A stretch of 64,000 bases of DNA from Lama guanicoe (lineage: Eukaryota): NCBI GenBank assembly GCA_013239625.1, contig MU053881.1:12724879-12788878 (forward strand). The letters run 5' to 3'. Both the position numbers and the translations under genes were made by a program. The notes below the pieces were generated by a model. It worked only from the letters and a program-made list of their open reading frames with translations. It searched no databases and had not been told where the DNA came from. How positions within the stretch are numbered: the first letter of the stretch is position 1; every line of letters begins with the position of its first letter. Of the stretch, positions 1 to 13,241 are shown piece by piece.

Positions 1-1123
1 GTCAGCATTAGACCTGAAGTCTTTCTCATGTCTCTCCACTGCTCTTTCTAGCGTTTTTATTCTGTCATGATTTCCACTCGCACGTGTTTCAGGTACATAC
101 ATCCCTGGGAATACAGCAGCCTGCCTCTGTCTGAGGGTCTCTTCCTAAAGAGCTGTAAACCCCTCGTTCCTGGAACTGTAGTCACTTTCACTGTTGCCCT
201 GGGGTCTGGATATGGGGTTCACTTGGGGAAAAGTGGGTGTTTTCAAAGCCAAAATGATGTGATTGCCTCAGTGAGCAGTTCACGTAGTGGTGTTTTTGTT
301 TAAAGTCCTAATTAGCCTTCTGTAGCTAATGAGTTAGAGGGTCATAAATCTAATCATTATTATAAATGATAGGGCCAATGCTTAAAATTTGCCAGTTTTG
401 CACTATGACATAATTATTTATGAAAAGGCCTTGCCCCAGAAATGGAAATCATAATAATTAGATACAATCTTTCTGTGGCTTATGTATTTTTTTCCTCCCA
501 GGGAAACAGATGTCTAGAGGGTACTAATTACTAGTAGTGGATAATTTCTTACTCAGACAAGTCAGAAAGTCTGGAGGCTACACTCTGGAACTTTCAGTCA
601 CCACTTAACCACATGCCTTTAGAAAAAAAGCACCAGCAAGAGGCTTTCTGTCTGTGAAGGGCAGGTTTGTGCTACATAGTGTCACCAGCTGAAGATCCTT
701 AGAGCTGAGTATCTTCAGAAAACAGCAGATTTTTTTAAAGATGCTTTTCATAAGCAGTAAAATGGATATAACAAACATGTTTCTAAGAGTTTATTCACTT
801 GGTTAAAACTGGACCATGAATGATGCTTTATCAGGAAGAGAATGTACTAATGACTCCTTTTTTTGGTCAAGACCCTGAGATTTACAGTCAAGCATAAACT
901 GGCCCAAGAGCTGTACATCTAGTGACATGTCACAGTCCAAAACACAGGTACTCATTTCCTCTGTCAAAACGGTATCTATTCCGGTTTCTTGAGTCAAGCA
1001 GTGTAACCTGCATTCCTTAAATTAAATGAAAACTTTAATTAAGAAACCCTATTGCTAAGATTAGAAGATATACTGATGATCTTCATGGCTGAAGATGACA
1101 TTTCTGGGTTTTAATACACTAAA

Positions 1124-1322
1124 ATTAGAACCGAGGTGATCTTTAGAGACTCTCAGTCTAAATCAGTTTGGGCTAACACGACACCCAACCTCATTGTAGA
1201 TGAGGACATTAAGGTAGTGTGACAGGTTATGTGTGGAGAAATGTGGGACCCCTTGTTAGTGACAGAGCTGAAACCCGTGCACAGGTCTCCTGGCTTCTAG
1301 TTCAGTGGCTTCCAGCTACACC
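1124..1322 (-). mobile_element. MIR SINE remnant
   Basis: cctcattgtagatgaggacatt ... gttagtgacagagctg ... aggtctcctggcttctagttcagtg resembles the reverse MIR core. Confidence 0.6.
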
Positions 1323-1567
1323 TTAAAGCCATCAGATTGTCTTTAGCTAGTCAGCGTGTACAGCAATCCCCCACAAACCCTTGCCTCACAAATTCTATGT
1401 TCACTCTGACCCGGCTTTCTCCCTGTCCAGCCCAGCTGAGGAAGGACACCCTTGCAATTTTATAGAAACAGTTTCAAGTATTAATATTGCCCCCCAAAAG
1501 AGAGATGTGCAATACAGAGCTAGGCCTGCTTTTTAATTACACTCCATTGTTTGATCCTTGTTATCCT

Positions 1568-1825
1568 AGCTTAGTGGGTGTGAATATGGACTCTGAAGGC
1601 TGATTGCTTTGGTTCAAATCCCACTGCCCTCATTTATAATCTACATAACCTTGAGTGAGCAGCCCTCTGCTTCAGTGTTCTCATCTGAAAAACAAAAACA
1701 AAACAGGTTATTAATAGTAAATACCTCACAGATTTTTGTGGCTGTTAAATAAACTGATATTCATAGAGCATTTAAGAAAGTGCCTGGTACACAGTATGTA
1801 TTTAGTAAATGGTGGCTATTATTTT
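1568..1825 (+). mobile_element. MIR SINE
   Basis: ggttcaaatccc (B-box-like), ctctgcttcagtgttctcatctgaaaa core, and 3' gtgcctggtacacagta...gtaaatggtggctattatt. Confidence 0.85.
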
Positions 1826-1879
1826 TTATATTGTTAGGCAGAAACAAATCAGTGTATAAAATAATATGGATTATAAATG

Positions 1880-2060
1880 TATTAAGCTTCCAAGTGCCAT
1901 AATAAATAAGCCCTTATTTTAATTAGAGTCATCACAGCAACCCCAAATTGGATATTAGTCCAATTTTATAGACAGTAGCACTGAGACCCAGAGTGATTAC
2001 ATCACTTGCTCAGAGCCCCACAGTGGCTTCTATAACCCAGATTGTTGGTGTATTTGATTC
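1880..2060 (-). mobile_element. MIR SINE remnant
   Basis: caattttatagacagtagcactgagacccagagtgattacatcacttgctcagagccccacag is a reverse MIR core. Confidence 0.7.
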
Positions 2061-2874
2061 TCAAGTTTTTGCCTCTCTATTGATTCAGATTCCAGAGGCC
2101 ACTGATGGTCTCCTTGGTTTTCTAACTGTGAGCCATTTAAAGTAATTGTTTCTTTAAAAACCAAATCATAAGGGATTGACAAGTAACGCTAGCTGAGTGG
2201 GGACCTTCAGAATGACTACGCTTGTATTGCAGCTGATGCGGGATGTCATTATAATGCTTTGGTGGATTCTTACTTCAGAGGGGAGCACTTTATTAAGCTC
2301 TGAGACACACCTGACCTAAGGGATGGCAGGAGATGGGTCTGAATTAAAAGGTCAACCACTTCCACCTCCTGACTCAGGCAGTCCTTTAAGATCTGCACCG
2401 ACAGGGTTGCTCCCTAATAAAGATCACCCACAGAATGACACCATCTGGCAAATGTCAGAGAAGAGGGGACAGGAGGGGCGGCTGCTGGACTTCAGCCACA
2501 GCCATCTGCCTCTGTTGCCAGTGACTTGAAAATGAATGGGCAGGGAGGGTCGGTGCCTCCAGCTGAGCAAATATGCTGTCATTCCCAGCTCCATCTCTTT
2601 AGATTTTTCTATAGAGATACTCCTTCAAAGATTCTTGGCATCCATGTTCATTTTTGTTGTGTGGAAGTCACCTTGATACCTTTAACTCCAGATATCCTGA
2701 AATTGAATGCATGGCGTCTTTCCCTCATTCCTTTCACTCCCCCAACCAGGTCTTTGTCCAGTGTCCTTATTCAGCAAATAATTATCTAATCTACCAAGCT
2801 GGGCAAAGAAGAAATGTGTTTGTCATCCTTGCCACCTCCCTCTTTCACCCTTTATGACTCAGAATAAGTTGGGT

Positions 2875-3130
2875 CCCTTTTTTTGTGCTCTCATGATGCT
2901 GTGTGATTTTTCGTTCATAGAATTGATTGAAGTTTGTGATCATAGGTTTATATTTGTGACTATTTCATGGATACATATATTCATAAATAGATAATACATA
3001 ACTTACCGGCTTGCAAGTTCCATGAGTATAGGCGTATGTCTATGTTTACTTTTCAGAGCTTACATATTTGTTTTTGCTTTAACTCCAGTGTTTATCACAT
3101 AGTAAGAACTCAGAAGTTAATTGTTGAGCA
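2875..3130 (+). mobile_element. L2 3' end remnant
   Basis: tgcaagttccatgagtatagg ... cacatagtaagaactcagaagttaattgttgag resembles the L2 3' terminus. Confidence 0.55.
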
Positions 3131-3349
3131 AGTCTTAAATCTTTACTCTCCTTGCTACATTATTTGTAATGCCATGTCCTTAGAAAAAGAATTGCTAAAA
3201 AGACAAGAATCAAACAGGAATGAACCAAACCTGGAAATTGTGAGATCACCATCACTGGTTTTCACCAACATCTGGATGGTCTTCTGTCATCTTGAACTTA
3301 GAGAAGTTTGGATTAGGTGTCTGTAAGTCCATCTCCGATACCATGGCTT

Positions 3350-3520
3350 ATTATTCCTTTGTGCTCCTCACAACATCTCTGAGTAATAGGTAACATTGTT
3401 TTTCAAATCATTTTATAGAGGAGATAACTGAACGTCGGTGTGTTTGGCAGTTTGTCCCAAGTTAACTGACTAGGAAGTGCTTTACCCTGGACTCCAATCC
3501 AGGTCTGTTTCCCAAGCCTA
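3350..3520 (-). mobile_element. MIR remnant
   Basis: cctcacaacatctctgag ... cattttatagaggagataactga ... tttgtcccaagttaac. Confidence 0.65.
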
Positions 3521-3557
3521 GACCGTTGCCTCCCATTAAATGAGATGTTTAAAGTAA

Positions 3558-3625
3558 TGCTGTACACCTGAAACTAATATAATGTTGTAAATCAACTATA
3601 CTTCAATAAAAAAGAAAATAAATAC
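3558..3625 (+). mobile_element. Short L1 3' terminal fragment
   Basis: tgctgtacacctgaaactaatataatgttgtaaatcaactatacttcaataaaaaa is an L1 3' end with AATAAA and A-rich tail. Confidence 0.8.
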
Positions 3626-4354
3626 AACCCCCAAAAAAGTGAGAAAAAGACAACTGCCTGTGGTGAGGGCAGATTGGTAAAGAGGAATTGCAGTTCTCTT
3701 GCCGTGGCCTTCCCCAGTTCATCTGCTTGTTTTCCTTTTTAAATTATCAGCATTTAAAATTGCACTGAAATTTTGTTTGAAGATATAAAATATAAATGAA
3801 ATGTTAAGGAAAGCTTTTAATGCACACATACTTTAATATAGTTCCATGGTTCATTTTATCATAAAATTAATGAGAATACAGAAATGACAAATTACTCTTT
3901 GGGTTAATATTAATTCTGTCTCTTGACCCAGTGAAAAATATCTGTTAGGTTATATAAATCAAACCCAGTGATAAAATAACTTATTTAAACTGCCTTCAAG
4001 CCAGCGCACATAATATTAATGACTCAAATAGTGTTGCAAAAGAGAGGAAGGTTATAAACAAATATTGATTATTAATAATTCAAATATTAACACAGTATAT
4101 GCTGAAGGATCTTGACCTGTATGTAGTCCTAACAAAGGACCACATATCCATTTTCTTTTTAATGATGTTTATCTTCATGCCAGTTCACTTAAGAACATTC
4201 TTTTTTAAAAGCTATACACAATATTGGTCTGGTTGATAACATGTATCTGTTAGAGATCACAGAGTGTGTCCTCAAGTCAACATGTGGACCACAGACATGC
4301 TTTGACCCAAGTGGTGTTCATAATTACTCATCAACATTTTGCATTTGGGGTTGT

Positions 4355-4951
4355 TGTCAGCAGACCAATACCTCCCCAAAGATGTCCATGTCCAGTTCCT
4401 TACAATACGTGAGTATGTTTCACTACACAGCACAGAGGACTTTGCAGATATAATTAAGGTTATGGACCAGACCGTAAAGAGTGGCCTGCATTGCTCAGGT
4501 GGACCTTATCTATGCAAATAACCTCTTAAAAACAAAGAACTTTTCTCCACCTGGAAGGCAGAGTGATGTGACAGTAGGGAATCTCTGAGATACTTAAAGC
4601 TTTGGAGAGACTCAACTCATTGTTGCCTGAGGAAGACCACATGGAAAGCATGAGGAGGAATGTGGGCAGCCTCTAGCCGCAGAGAAATGGGACTTCACTT
4701 CTACAACCATGGGGATTTGAATTTGGCCAAATTCGGTTGAGCTTAGAAGCCAGTTCATTCCTAGAACCTCTAGAAAGTACCTTAAAGCTGCTGACACCGT
4801 GATTTCACCCTTGAGAAACTCTAAGCAGAGGGCCCCGTTGAGTTACGCTGTAGCTGGATTTCTGACCTACAGAACTGTGGGATAATAAGAGTGGTGTTTT
4901 AAGCACCTAAATTCAGGGTAATTTTTTATGACAGTGAAAAGAAACTAATAC
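4355..4951 (+). mobile_element. MLT1 (ERVL-MaLR) solo LTR, MLT1D/E-like
   Basis: 5' tgtcagcag..ccccaaagatgtccatgtcc, gactttgcagatataattaagg, ttctgacctacagaactgtgggataataa, 3' gggtaattttttatgacag..aaactaatac. Confidence 0.85.
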
Positions 4952-6879
4952 TGAGATATTTCATGTAGAAATTCATGTGTCTGAGTATAGTTTTTATTTG
5001 GCCACCCTGGATTAGAGTTGGATAGGAGAGGCTCCATTTGGTGGAAGCCTTGGTTGTGATTTGTTTATACAAGTTACCACCTGACATTCTTTACTCATTT
5101 TCCTTTTTGGCATTTGTTTTTTTCAACCACTGATCTGAAAGTTAGAAGGGACAGAACTAGATAGGAACACCCATGGTCAGCTTGCGGGTTTTTCCATCCC
5201 TCCTAATGACCTTGACTTCAGCAGACCTAATTTTTACCTAATATGCTAATTCACGTTAGACCCCACTGTCTTTCATTCTCATCTCTGTCTCTTTCTTCAT
5301 TTTTAATAGAGCTCAGTGGACCCAATAAAGTTGGTTGCTGTAGAAACATAACCCTTCCTTTTCACACATGATTTTCAGGAACAACTGTCATCATGCAATT
5401 CTTTTATCAGATTTCTCTCGTAGCCTCAGTTGCTATGGAGTTTCCCTTCTCCATTTATTGAACCATGTTGGACAAATGTTTTTGCTGCAGAATCCAAGTA
5501 AAGGCACTGCTCCAATATTTTAAATTTAATTATAGTTGCTACATATAAGGACAGGGCACTAGATTATTTAGAAAGAGTAAATAAATAAATCTTGTTCTTG
5601 TGTAGAATTAGTTTGCACTTGCAAGAAACAAGTCTAAATTGTGAAACAAACATTGGCCTGAGAAATCATTATAGGAATCCCAAACCTTACATATTTGGAT
5701 GCTTCTTGTTCCCTTGATTGGAGATGCTACTAAAGCTTAATCATCACTTACATACTCTCATAGTTCCTATGTATTTCTCTGTTTTACCACGTTCTGCAGC
5801 TGAAATTTAGCATTTATTTATTTAGTAATTTGATTAGTTTCTTTCTCACTATACATAGAAGCTTTCTGATGGTAAAGCCTATATCTTGATCCACATTTTA
5901 TATTATTATAAGCTTTCAATAATTCTTTGTTGAATGACAGATATCTTCATTAGTTGTCATTTGTGTGGATGGAATTTGGTGGAATATCTAATTCTGAATC
6001 ATGACATTGCAAAAAGTTAGAGACAAAACATTTAAGTCTAAGCATGATTCGGCAGCCGTTTGTCCAAGAAGTTGAAAGAATTCAACTTCCCACATTTATC
6101 CACGTTAGAGGAATGCCTTGTCAGAGAACTGAGTCTGTTTCGTATCCTGTTAAATAGCAGACTGATAGTGTCACATATAGGATGCCGAGAAAGTAAAGGA
6201 ATAAAAGTAATTATTGATGGTCTACAAGCCATCTTATTGTGGGTGCCAATCATTCAATTGTGTTGAAGCATTGCTCCTCAGAATCTTCAAGTAGCCAAGT
6301 TGACTGGCAATTTGGACTCTTCTTAAAATCTTTCTGGCTGCTGTTTGCAGAAACTTTGGACCTCTTTCCAGCTTCAGTGTGTCTCTGCTGTCTTAATTTC
6401 TATGTGCCTTGAATCTTTGTTGATCTCATATTTTATCTACCAATCTGTTTCGCTGGTTGCAGTTTGGTTTCTGATCTTCCACACAATCTGATGTTGCTCA
6501 TGACCACATATGTCAGTTCATTTTCAACTCAGAGTAGAAGCAAGCTTGTAGTTTGAGACAGATCCCTTTCCTTGAAGAAGAGTTCTTAAAGTTAATCCTA
6601 GAAGAAGTCCATTTCTAAGGATTGAAGAACAGCTAATGTCCCTTTTCCAGGACAAAAAGGACAGTTGAAAAAAAGTTTACATAAGAGCCGTTTCTTAAAA
6701 TTAATTTTCAAGTATGTATATACTTATTTTCCATTTAAAAATAGTATATATGTATTATAAAAATTTTAATAATTGAAATGGTAGAAAATTGCCTCTTCTC
6801 CGCTACTCCTTACTTAATTCTAACTCCTCAGATAGAACCTTTACTGGTATTTGGCACATTTCAAGCCTGGATTTCTTAC

Positions 6880-7110
6880 ACAGGCTCTGAATTTGATCTG
6901 ATCCAGGGTTAGAGTTCAAGCTCTACCATTGCCTTTCTGAGTGAAGACAGGCAAGTTGTTTCATCTTTCTGGCTTTAGTGTCTTCATTTATAAAATAAGA
7001 GTTTTTAATGGAGCCTACTTAATAGGCTTATTAGAAGGAATTGTGAGGTAATGCACATAAAAAGTGTTTGGTAATTCAACACGGCAACTGGTATTAATGG
7101 GGTATTGCTA
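6880..7110 (+). mobile_element. MIR SINE
   Basis: caggctctg..gagttcaagctctacc..ggcaagttg..ttcatttataaaataag..aatgcacataaaaagtg. Confidence 0.7.
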
Positions 7111-8839
7111 TTCACTTTCTTTACTAAAATATGTCACTGGATATCTTTCCCAGCCAATAGATCAACATCAAAGTTGTCTTTTTAAGTGACCTCAGGATAT
7201 TCCAATAGATGAATGGTGGAAAGTTTCTCTTAATTTTAATCTATCTTTAATTCAAGTTGTTTCACTATTTCTTATAAATATAAGGTTAAAGTCATTGAGA
7301 AATACCCGTAGACAAACGCTCAGTATTTATCTATTGCTAGTCAGAGGCTCTGATGTCCATTACCCGTCTGACCAAATGAAATCAACTGTCCTTCTAATTT
7401 AGATGATATCTTATTGAACAGTAGTGCCAAATTAGGTATATAAATCTCAGTAAACCCATTTGGTTACTAACAGTTACGAAGTCTGAAGGGAAGAGAATTA
7501 ACAACTATCTGAATTTAACTTTTAATCTTTTGCATGTTGTTTGAAATGTCATTTGGTATTATTCCCTAAGAAAAAGAGTAAACAGTTTACATCATCTGCT
7601 TTCTCTAAATATCAGAATTACCATAAAAAATCTGTGATAAATTCACATCCAGTTTCTAGAATAATTACTGATTACTGGGTATCCATCTGGTTTGAATAGT
7701 TTATGTTAATACACATCATTTTTATATATACTTGAGCCATAATTTTTATTTCTTACAAAAATCAGTTGAAAGTATGAGCTGATGGTAGCACTTTTCTGGT
7801 TAGGTTTGGCCCTAGTTAGTGACATAGTCATGGATCCAAAGACTAAAAACTTTCTGGAATCTGTATAGTATGAAACTCACCTGAGACACTTCTGCCTAAA
7901 GCAAGTAAGTAAGTAAATTTATAGGCAAGAAGTTGTATAAATGAATTCATAGACAAGCAACAATGGGATAGGAGAGAATGGAATTTTGAGCAGAAGAAGC
8001 TATAATTTCTCAAAATAGCAGAATAGCTGCATTTTTTTTTATCACCAGTGGTAGCATCTTTCCTGTGTACTAGCCTTTTTTCCCCCTCATATTGCCTGTG
8101 TAATCTTTTCATGAGATTCTAGAGACCTTAGCTCATTTTTATTATTGAGATTTAAAAAGACAACTTAAGCTTTATTGGTAAAAATTAGAGAAATTTTCAG
8201 TTTTCATCTTGAGAGCATATTATAGATCTCAGCTTCTAAGTCCATCCTAATTTCAAAATTTAAAGTCAATTTTTGGATAAAGCAGCAATTCTAATTCAAG
8301 AAATAAGAGAGGTAGAAAATGTCTTAAAGCTTCACACAAAATCCCAATTCTGGATAAGTTGTCAATTTGGATGAAAGAATATTGTTTTTAAATGGTGAAT
8401 GAAATCTCAAGAGTCAGGGTATTGAGGGAAATGCTACAGATTCACAATGGTTCATTGGACTGCTGGTCTGTTGCCAAGTGGATATAACCTCGCTTTCCTC
8501 TTGTTCTCTTACTAAAAAACTGTCTGGAATACTTCCACAGAAAAATTTTCTTGGTGTCAAAAATATTACTGCAGACTTTGTGGCATCAAAAAGATTACTA
8601 TAGAATGTAGGTAATAAATTAAAGGAGTTATAGAAAAAGCCCAACTTGGGCTTAGAGTCTTTGAACTTCCTCAATTTAGAATTTCTTTGTCCAGCCACTC
8701 CAAGCCCAGTTTCTCCTAGTCTAGGTTTTCCTAGGGTTCTGTGCCCTTTCTGGTTCTCCTTGGCTTTTGGTCCTGGTTCAGCCTATGTTCTTCTCCCAGA
8801 GATTTGATTTTCTAATGAAGAAGAATCATGGACTTACCA

Positions 8840-9460
8840 TTTCATTCATTCAGTACAGATGCCCTGCTTGCCTACTACATACTAGGCATTCTTCTGGATC
8901 TTTGGGAATAAGACAGATAAAGATCCTTATCTTCATGAAGCTTACATTCTAATAGGGAAGAGAGATAATACACAATGAATACAATAAAGAAGTAATTTAT
9001 ATAGCCTGTTGAAAGATGTTGTCGTGGAGATAAAAAGAAAAAAGTAGAGCAAGAAATGGGAATTGAGAGTGTAGGGGGCAGGTTGGGGTGGTCCTCCTTG
9101 AGAAGGTGGCATATGAGCAAAGATGTGAAGAAGGTGTGAGATTCGTTTTGTAAGTATTGGAGGAAGAGTGTTCCAGGCAGAGGAACCAGCTGATACGAAG
9201 ATTTTCAGGTGAGAGTATGCCTGCAACATTCAAAGAATAGCAAGGAGGCTGGTGGGGAATGAGAGGGGAGGAGAGAGAAGGAGGTGCAGTCAGCGGCGGG
9301 GAGAGGTGGTAGGGGAGCAGCTCACGGGAGGCCTTGAAGTTCCCTTCAAGTATTTTGGCTTTGACTCTGAGTGAGGAGCAGCCTTGGCAAGATTTTGAGC
9401 GAAAGAGTGTCAAGCTCTGACTCAGTTTCAAAGAGATCGCTCTGGCTGCTGTGCTAAGAG
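8840..9460 (-). mobile_element. L2 LINE 3' region
   Basis: ttcattcattca..cctactacatactaggca..catgaagcttacattcta..gaggaagagtgttccaggcagagg..aaagagatcgctctggctgctgtg are typical reverse-L2 motifs. Confidence 0.9.
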
Positions 9461-10794
9461 TACCTTCTACCTTGTATTATATCCAGTCTTATGCTACATT
9501 CTAGAATCTCATGGTTTTTTTTTTTTTTTGCATATATCTATGATCAAATTTACCTCTGAGCCTTTCACAATATATGGTTAAAAACATGTTGGCTTTTTTC
9601 TATTTTAAAATAGTGAAGGTACTCAGAACAATGGTAACTGTAATTTCTCATCCCCAAAGCCAAATATAAATTGACTAATTTAAGAAAACTTTCTCTGACT
9701 ACTTATTCACACTCTTTTTCTGAGATGCCTCAGGCAAGGTTTTGCACGTTCTACCCTGTTTTTCCAGTTCATAATCAGTTCCTACTTATACTATAGGAGT
9801 TAATTAATTCTTAACAGTTTTTTGCAAGTTGCTCTGAGTACTAGTTTTAACTGGTAGATTTTTTTTTAATGTTAGGTTCTTTTTTAAAGGGAATTCATGC
9901 AATAGAATTTGATGTGACCCCAGCTGCTCTTGTTTCAGGTGAAAATGTTATATAAATCCAATCGACTGGTTTGAAACCCTGCCGCAAAAGAAATACTGAT
10001 CAAGCAAAAGTTCCTTGCTTTGACCAGTGGCTAAATTTTTTCTCACTTTTTTTTTCTACTAGATTTTAATTTTCAGAAGGATTCGTACAAAAATGGAGCC
10101 ATTGAAAATAAAAGTTGTCTAAGATAGGATTATGATAACTTATAAATGCAGATACAGCTTGATTCAAAGCACTACTTAATAAAATTCCACTTTTTATTGC
10201 TGGAAACATGATTCTGTTGAGTCATATAAAATCACTTAAGATTTAAGTTAAAGCAAGTTTAATTTGCACAGTTTTCCTAGAAAACTGATTTTTTTTATCC
10301 TAAAGAAGTAAATTATATGGCACGTTAGAAGGTAAGTGCTGTGAGATATTAATGGTACATGGTCCTGTATATGTCTAGTAATGCCATATATATATATATT
10401 TGTGTTCAGAGTATCCAATAATAGTCTCAGAGATTTCACAGTATAATAGGTGACATTAATCAGCAATTCTGAACTCCAGTACTTATTAACAAGGAGTACT
10501 GAGGAAGCTAATGTTGGATACTTCCGAAGTTTTAAATACAAAATATGGTCTACTATCTAGATGAAATAGTTTTAAGAAAGTGCTGAGTCCTAAGAAATAA
10601 AATACAAGTTCCAATCAGCAATGTGACAAGAAAACACTTGAATAGCAGTTTCTCAGGTATCTCATTCCAGGTTTCCCCTGCTTTGTGGAATAAATCTGGC
10701 AAAAAGGAAACTAGAGAAAAATGACTGTCATTTCATCATTGGTTTCCATGAGAAAACTTGACGTCTCCTGATGGGAAAATTTCTCAACACACAA

Positions 10795-11765
10795 TGTATT
10801 TATATAACAAATATTTACCATGTGCCTATCATATTCTAAATGTCATATTAAGTACTGAGGAAACGGGTGAATGAGGTTTTCCACCTTCAGATAGCTAATA
10901 TTCTGATGGGGGTGGGGAGAAAGATTGAAAACAGACAGACGGACGAGTTAAATAATTGCACATTCTAATCAGAGCCATGAAGGAAACAAATAAGGGACTT
11001 AGGTAATAATTAAGGAGAAGCTGGTTTTGGTCGAGTGTTGAGGGAAAGCCTCTCTGTCTTATTGTCACCAATGTGAGGCCTCAAGGAGGAAAACAAACGA
11101 GCCACATGAAGGGGAATGGGCTAAGGTATAAGAGGGGGAAAAGGAAAAAGCACACCAGGCAGAAGAATTAGAGACAGCTTTGCAAAAACCTAAAGAGGGA
11201 AATGAGATTGGTCTATTCCAGGATCTGGGGCTCCTGGGAAAGAAGTGTTGGGGGGGTAGAGCCAGCCAGGTGAAGGTGGAGTGAGGCCCATGATAAATCG
11301 TAAAGAGTTCTGCAGAGTGTGGTAAACAGTCTGCACTGGGAGTCGGATGGAGGGTTTAATCATAATAATGACACTCCTGCTTATTTTTTAAAGTTTATTC
11401 TGACTGCTGGAGAGTAAGAATGGATTGTGGTTTGGGTAAAGAAGAAATGGAAGCTGTCTACTAGAACAGTCCAGGCAAGAGCGGACAGTGACTTTGACTA
11501 GAGAATAGCTGTGATGATGGGGAAAAGTGAATGCATTCAAGACATCCTAGAAGTGGGCTATGATGACTGTTGTGGGTTGGATGTTGAGGGTGGGTAGGAA
11601 AAAAGGAGGAATCAGGAGTTTCTGGTTTGAGCACCTGGGTGAATTGTAACACTAGAAGAATAACTTTGAAAGGACAAATCAAGTCACCCTGATTTGGGAC
11701 ATGTTGGGATTGAAATGGCTGTAAGACAGCTAAGTGAAAATAGGCATATGGATCCAAGTCTAGGC
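10795..11765 (-). mobile_element. L2 LINE remnant
   Basis: aacaaatatttaccatgtgccta, agggaaagcctctctg, ccaggcagaagaa, gtccaggcaagag, aggagtttctggtttgagcacctgggtgaat. Confidence 0.8.
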
Positions 11766-11827
11766 TAGATTTGGAGGTGTTAGATTAAAAAAAATAATAA
11801 TTGGCTGTTTCTGTGGAGGAGTGGCTT

Positions 11828-12587
11828 TGTCAGCTTAGACTGCCTTAACAAAATACTATGGAGTGTGTGGCTCAAACAGGAAACATTTATTTCTCAGAGT
11901 TCTGGAGGCTGCGAAGACCAAGCTCAAGGTGTTGTGTTAGCCGAGGGGTCTGATGTGGGGTTTTAGAAGGTGAGTGCCCCAAACAAAAAAATGCATGAGG
12001 AGTTGCCATACCACCGGACAGACTTCAGCAGGAGACACCATGGGGTTAACAACACTTTATTCTATTGCCACAGGGTGATGCACCTGTCCTGCTTTTATCT
12101 GTTCTCTACCAGCACATGCGCAATTTGAATTTCTTTGTTCATTAGGCTTATAGCATATCTCTAGCTCATGCGTACTTGTTTTCTTTGTCCAAATCTTACA
12201 TAATTGACATATGTGTACAGCCATTATTTACTGCACACTACAAACATGCTCTGATCATGGCCTTGGGTCCCATGGCCTTAACTCATCTCAAGGCCAGCTA
12301 ACATGCTGGCTGATTTGGTTCCTGGTAGGGGCTGTCTTTCAGACAGCTGCCCTCTTGCTGTATCTTTCCATGGTGAGAAGATCTCTGTGTGTGTGTGTGT
12401 CTTGCTGTGTCTCTCTGTCTCTCACAATCTCTCTCTCTCTCTCTCTGATAAGGGAACAAATTCCATCATGAGAGCTCCACCCTTATGACCATGTTTCCTC
12501 CCAAAGGCCTCACATCCAAACACCATCATAGTAGGGATTAGAGCTGCAAATATGAATCGGGGAAAAACCTGTACTCAGTTTACAGCA
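11828..12587 (-). mobile_element. MLT1A-like MaLR LTR interrupted by a solo LTR
   Basis: taacaaaatac..aaacatttatttctcagagttctggaggctg..aaggtg [insert] ctggctgatttggttcctgg..tcatgagagctccacccttatgacc..ctcccaaaggcc..tcagtttacagca. Confidence 0.85.
11935..12303 (-). mobile_element. 369-bp solo LTR, family unassigned, nested in MLT1
   Basis: Perfect 7-bp terminal inverted repeat TGTTAGC...GCTAACA; 5-bp TSD tgttg (11930-11934)/tgctg (12304-12308); AATAAA on the minus strand near 12055-12061. Confidence 0.85.
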
Positions 12588-13241
12588 AGAGCTAAGTTGA
12601 CATTTATTGCAAAGATTGACCTCTTAGGAGTGCCTTCCATCTCCTTCCTGTGACCTGGCTCTCTGGCAGTTCCAGCTTTGCCCTCAAACTTCTCTTCTCT
12701 TGGGACCATAGAACACCTCCACCCCCCACCCTTTCCATTTGGAATTGTGACTGATTCCAACCACACTCTTTCCTTTTACCATACTATTTAATTCTCTGCT
12801 TTCTTTAGCCTCCTTTCTTTATATAGTGGTGGTTAAATGTCACACCATTCTCCCTATGGTATAGTGAAAAATGTGGAAAGGTCTTTAGAGAGGATTTGAT
12901 TGTAATAACATCCCCCCTCCACTGCCACCAGCACCTGAATCTGTTTAAAGATAAGAAAATAAACAGAGTAAAACAGCATCCTAAAGTTCTAATAACTAAT
13001 AAGGGTCAATCAGGGTTTCAACTTCCAGTTAGCGGGCAACAGTTTTTATGTTTTTGAAACCCTCAGAATTCTTCCTAGTTAGTTTTTGTGTCTGAAGTAA
13101 CTTTTCACAAATTAACTCAAAATAAGAGCTATGTGATATTGAAACAGAGATAATGCAAAACATTTGATTTTCTAAGCTCAGCTATGAGTTACATTCCTCT
13201 TAAACTCTATATAAACAAAAGATGCTTTTAGAACGTAAATG

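Noticed and set aside
8875..9431. Overlapping minus-strand ORFs of up to 144 aa
   Set aside because: They lie within a decayed L2 element; low-complexity translation with no domain
10305..10336. Micro-exon-like segments here and at 23220-23257 and 30945-30965
   Set aside because: Splice-like signals only; they do not chain into a consistent reading frame with the 53541 candidate and give no recognisable peptide
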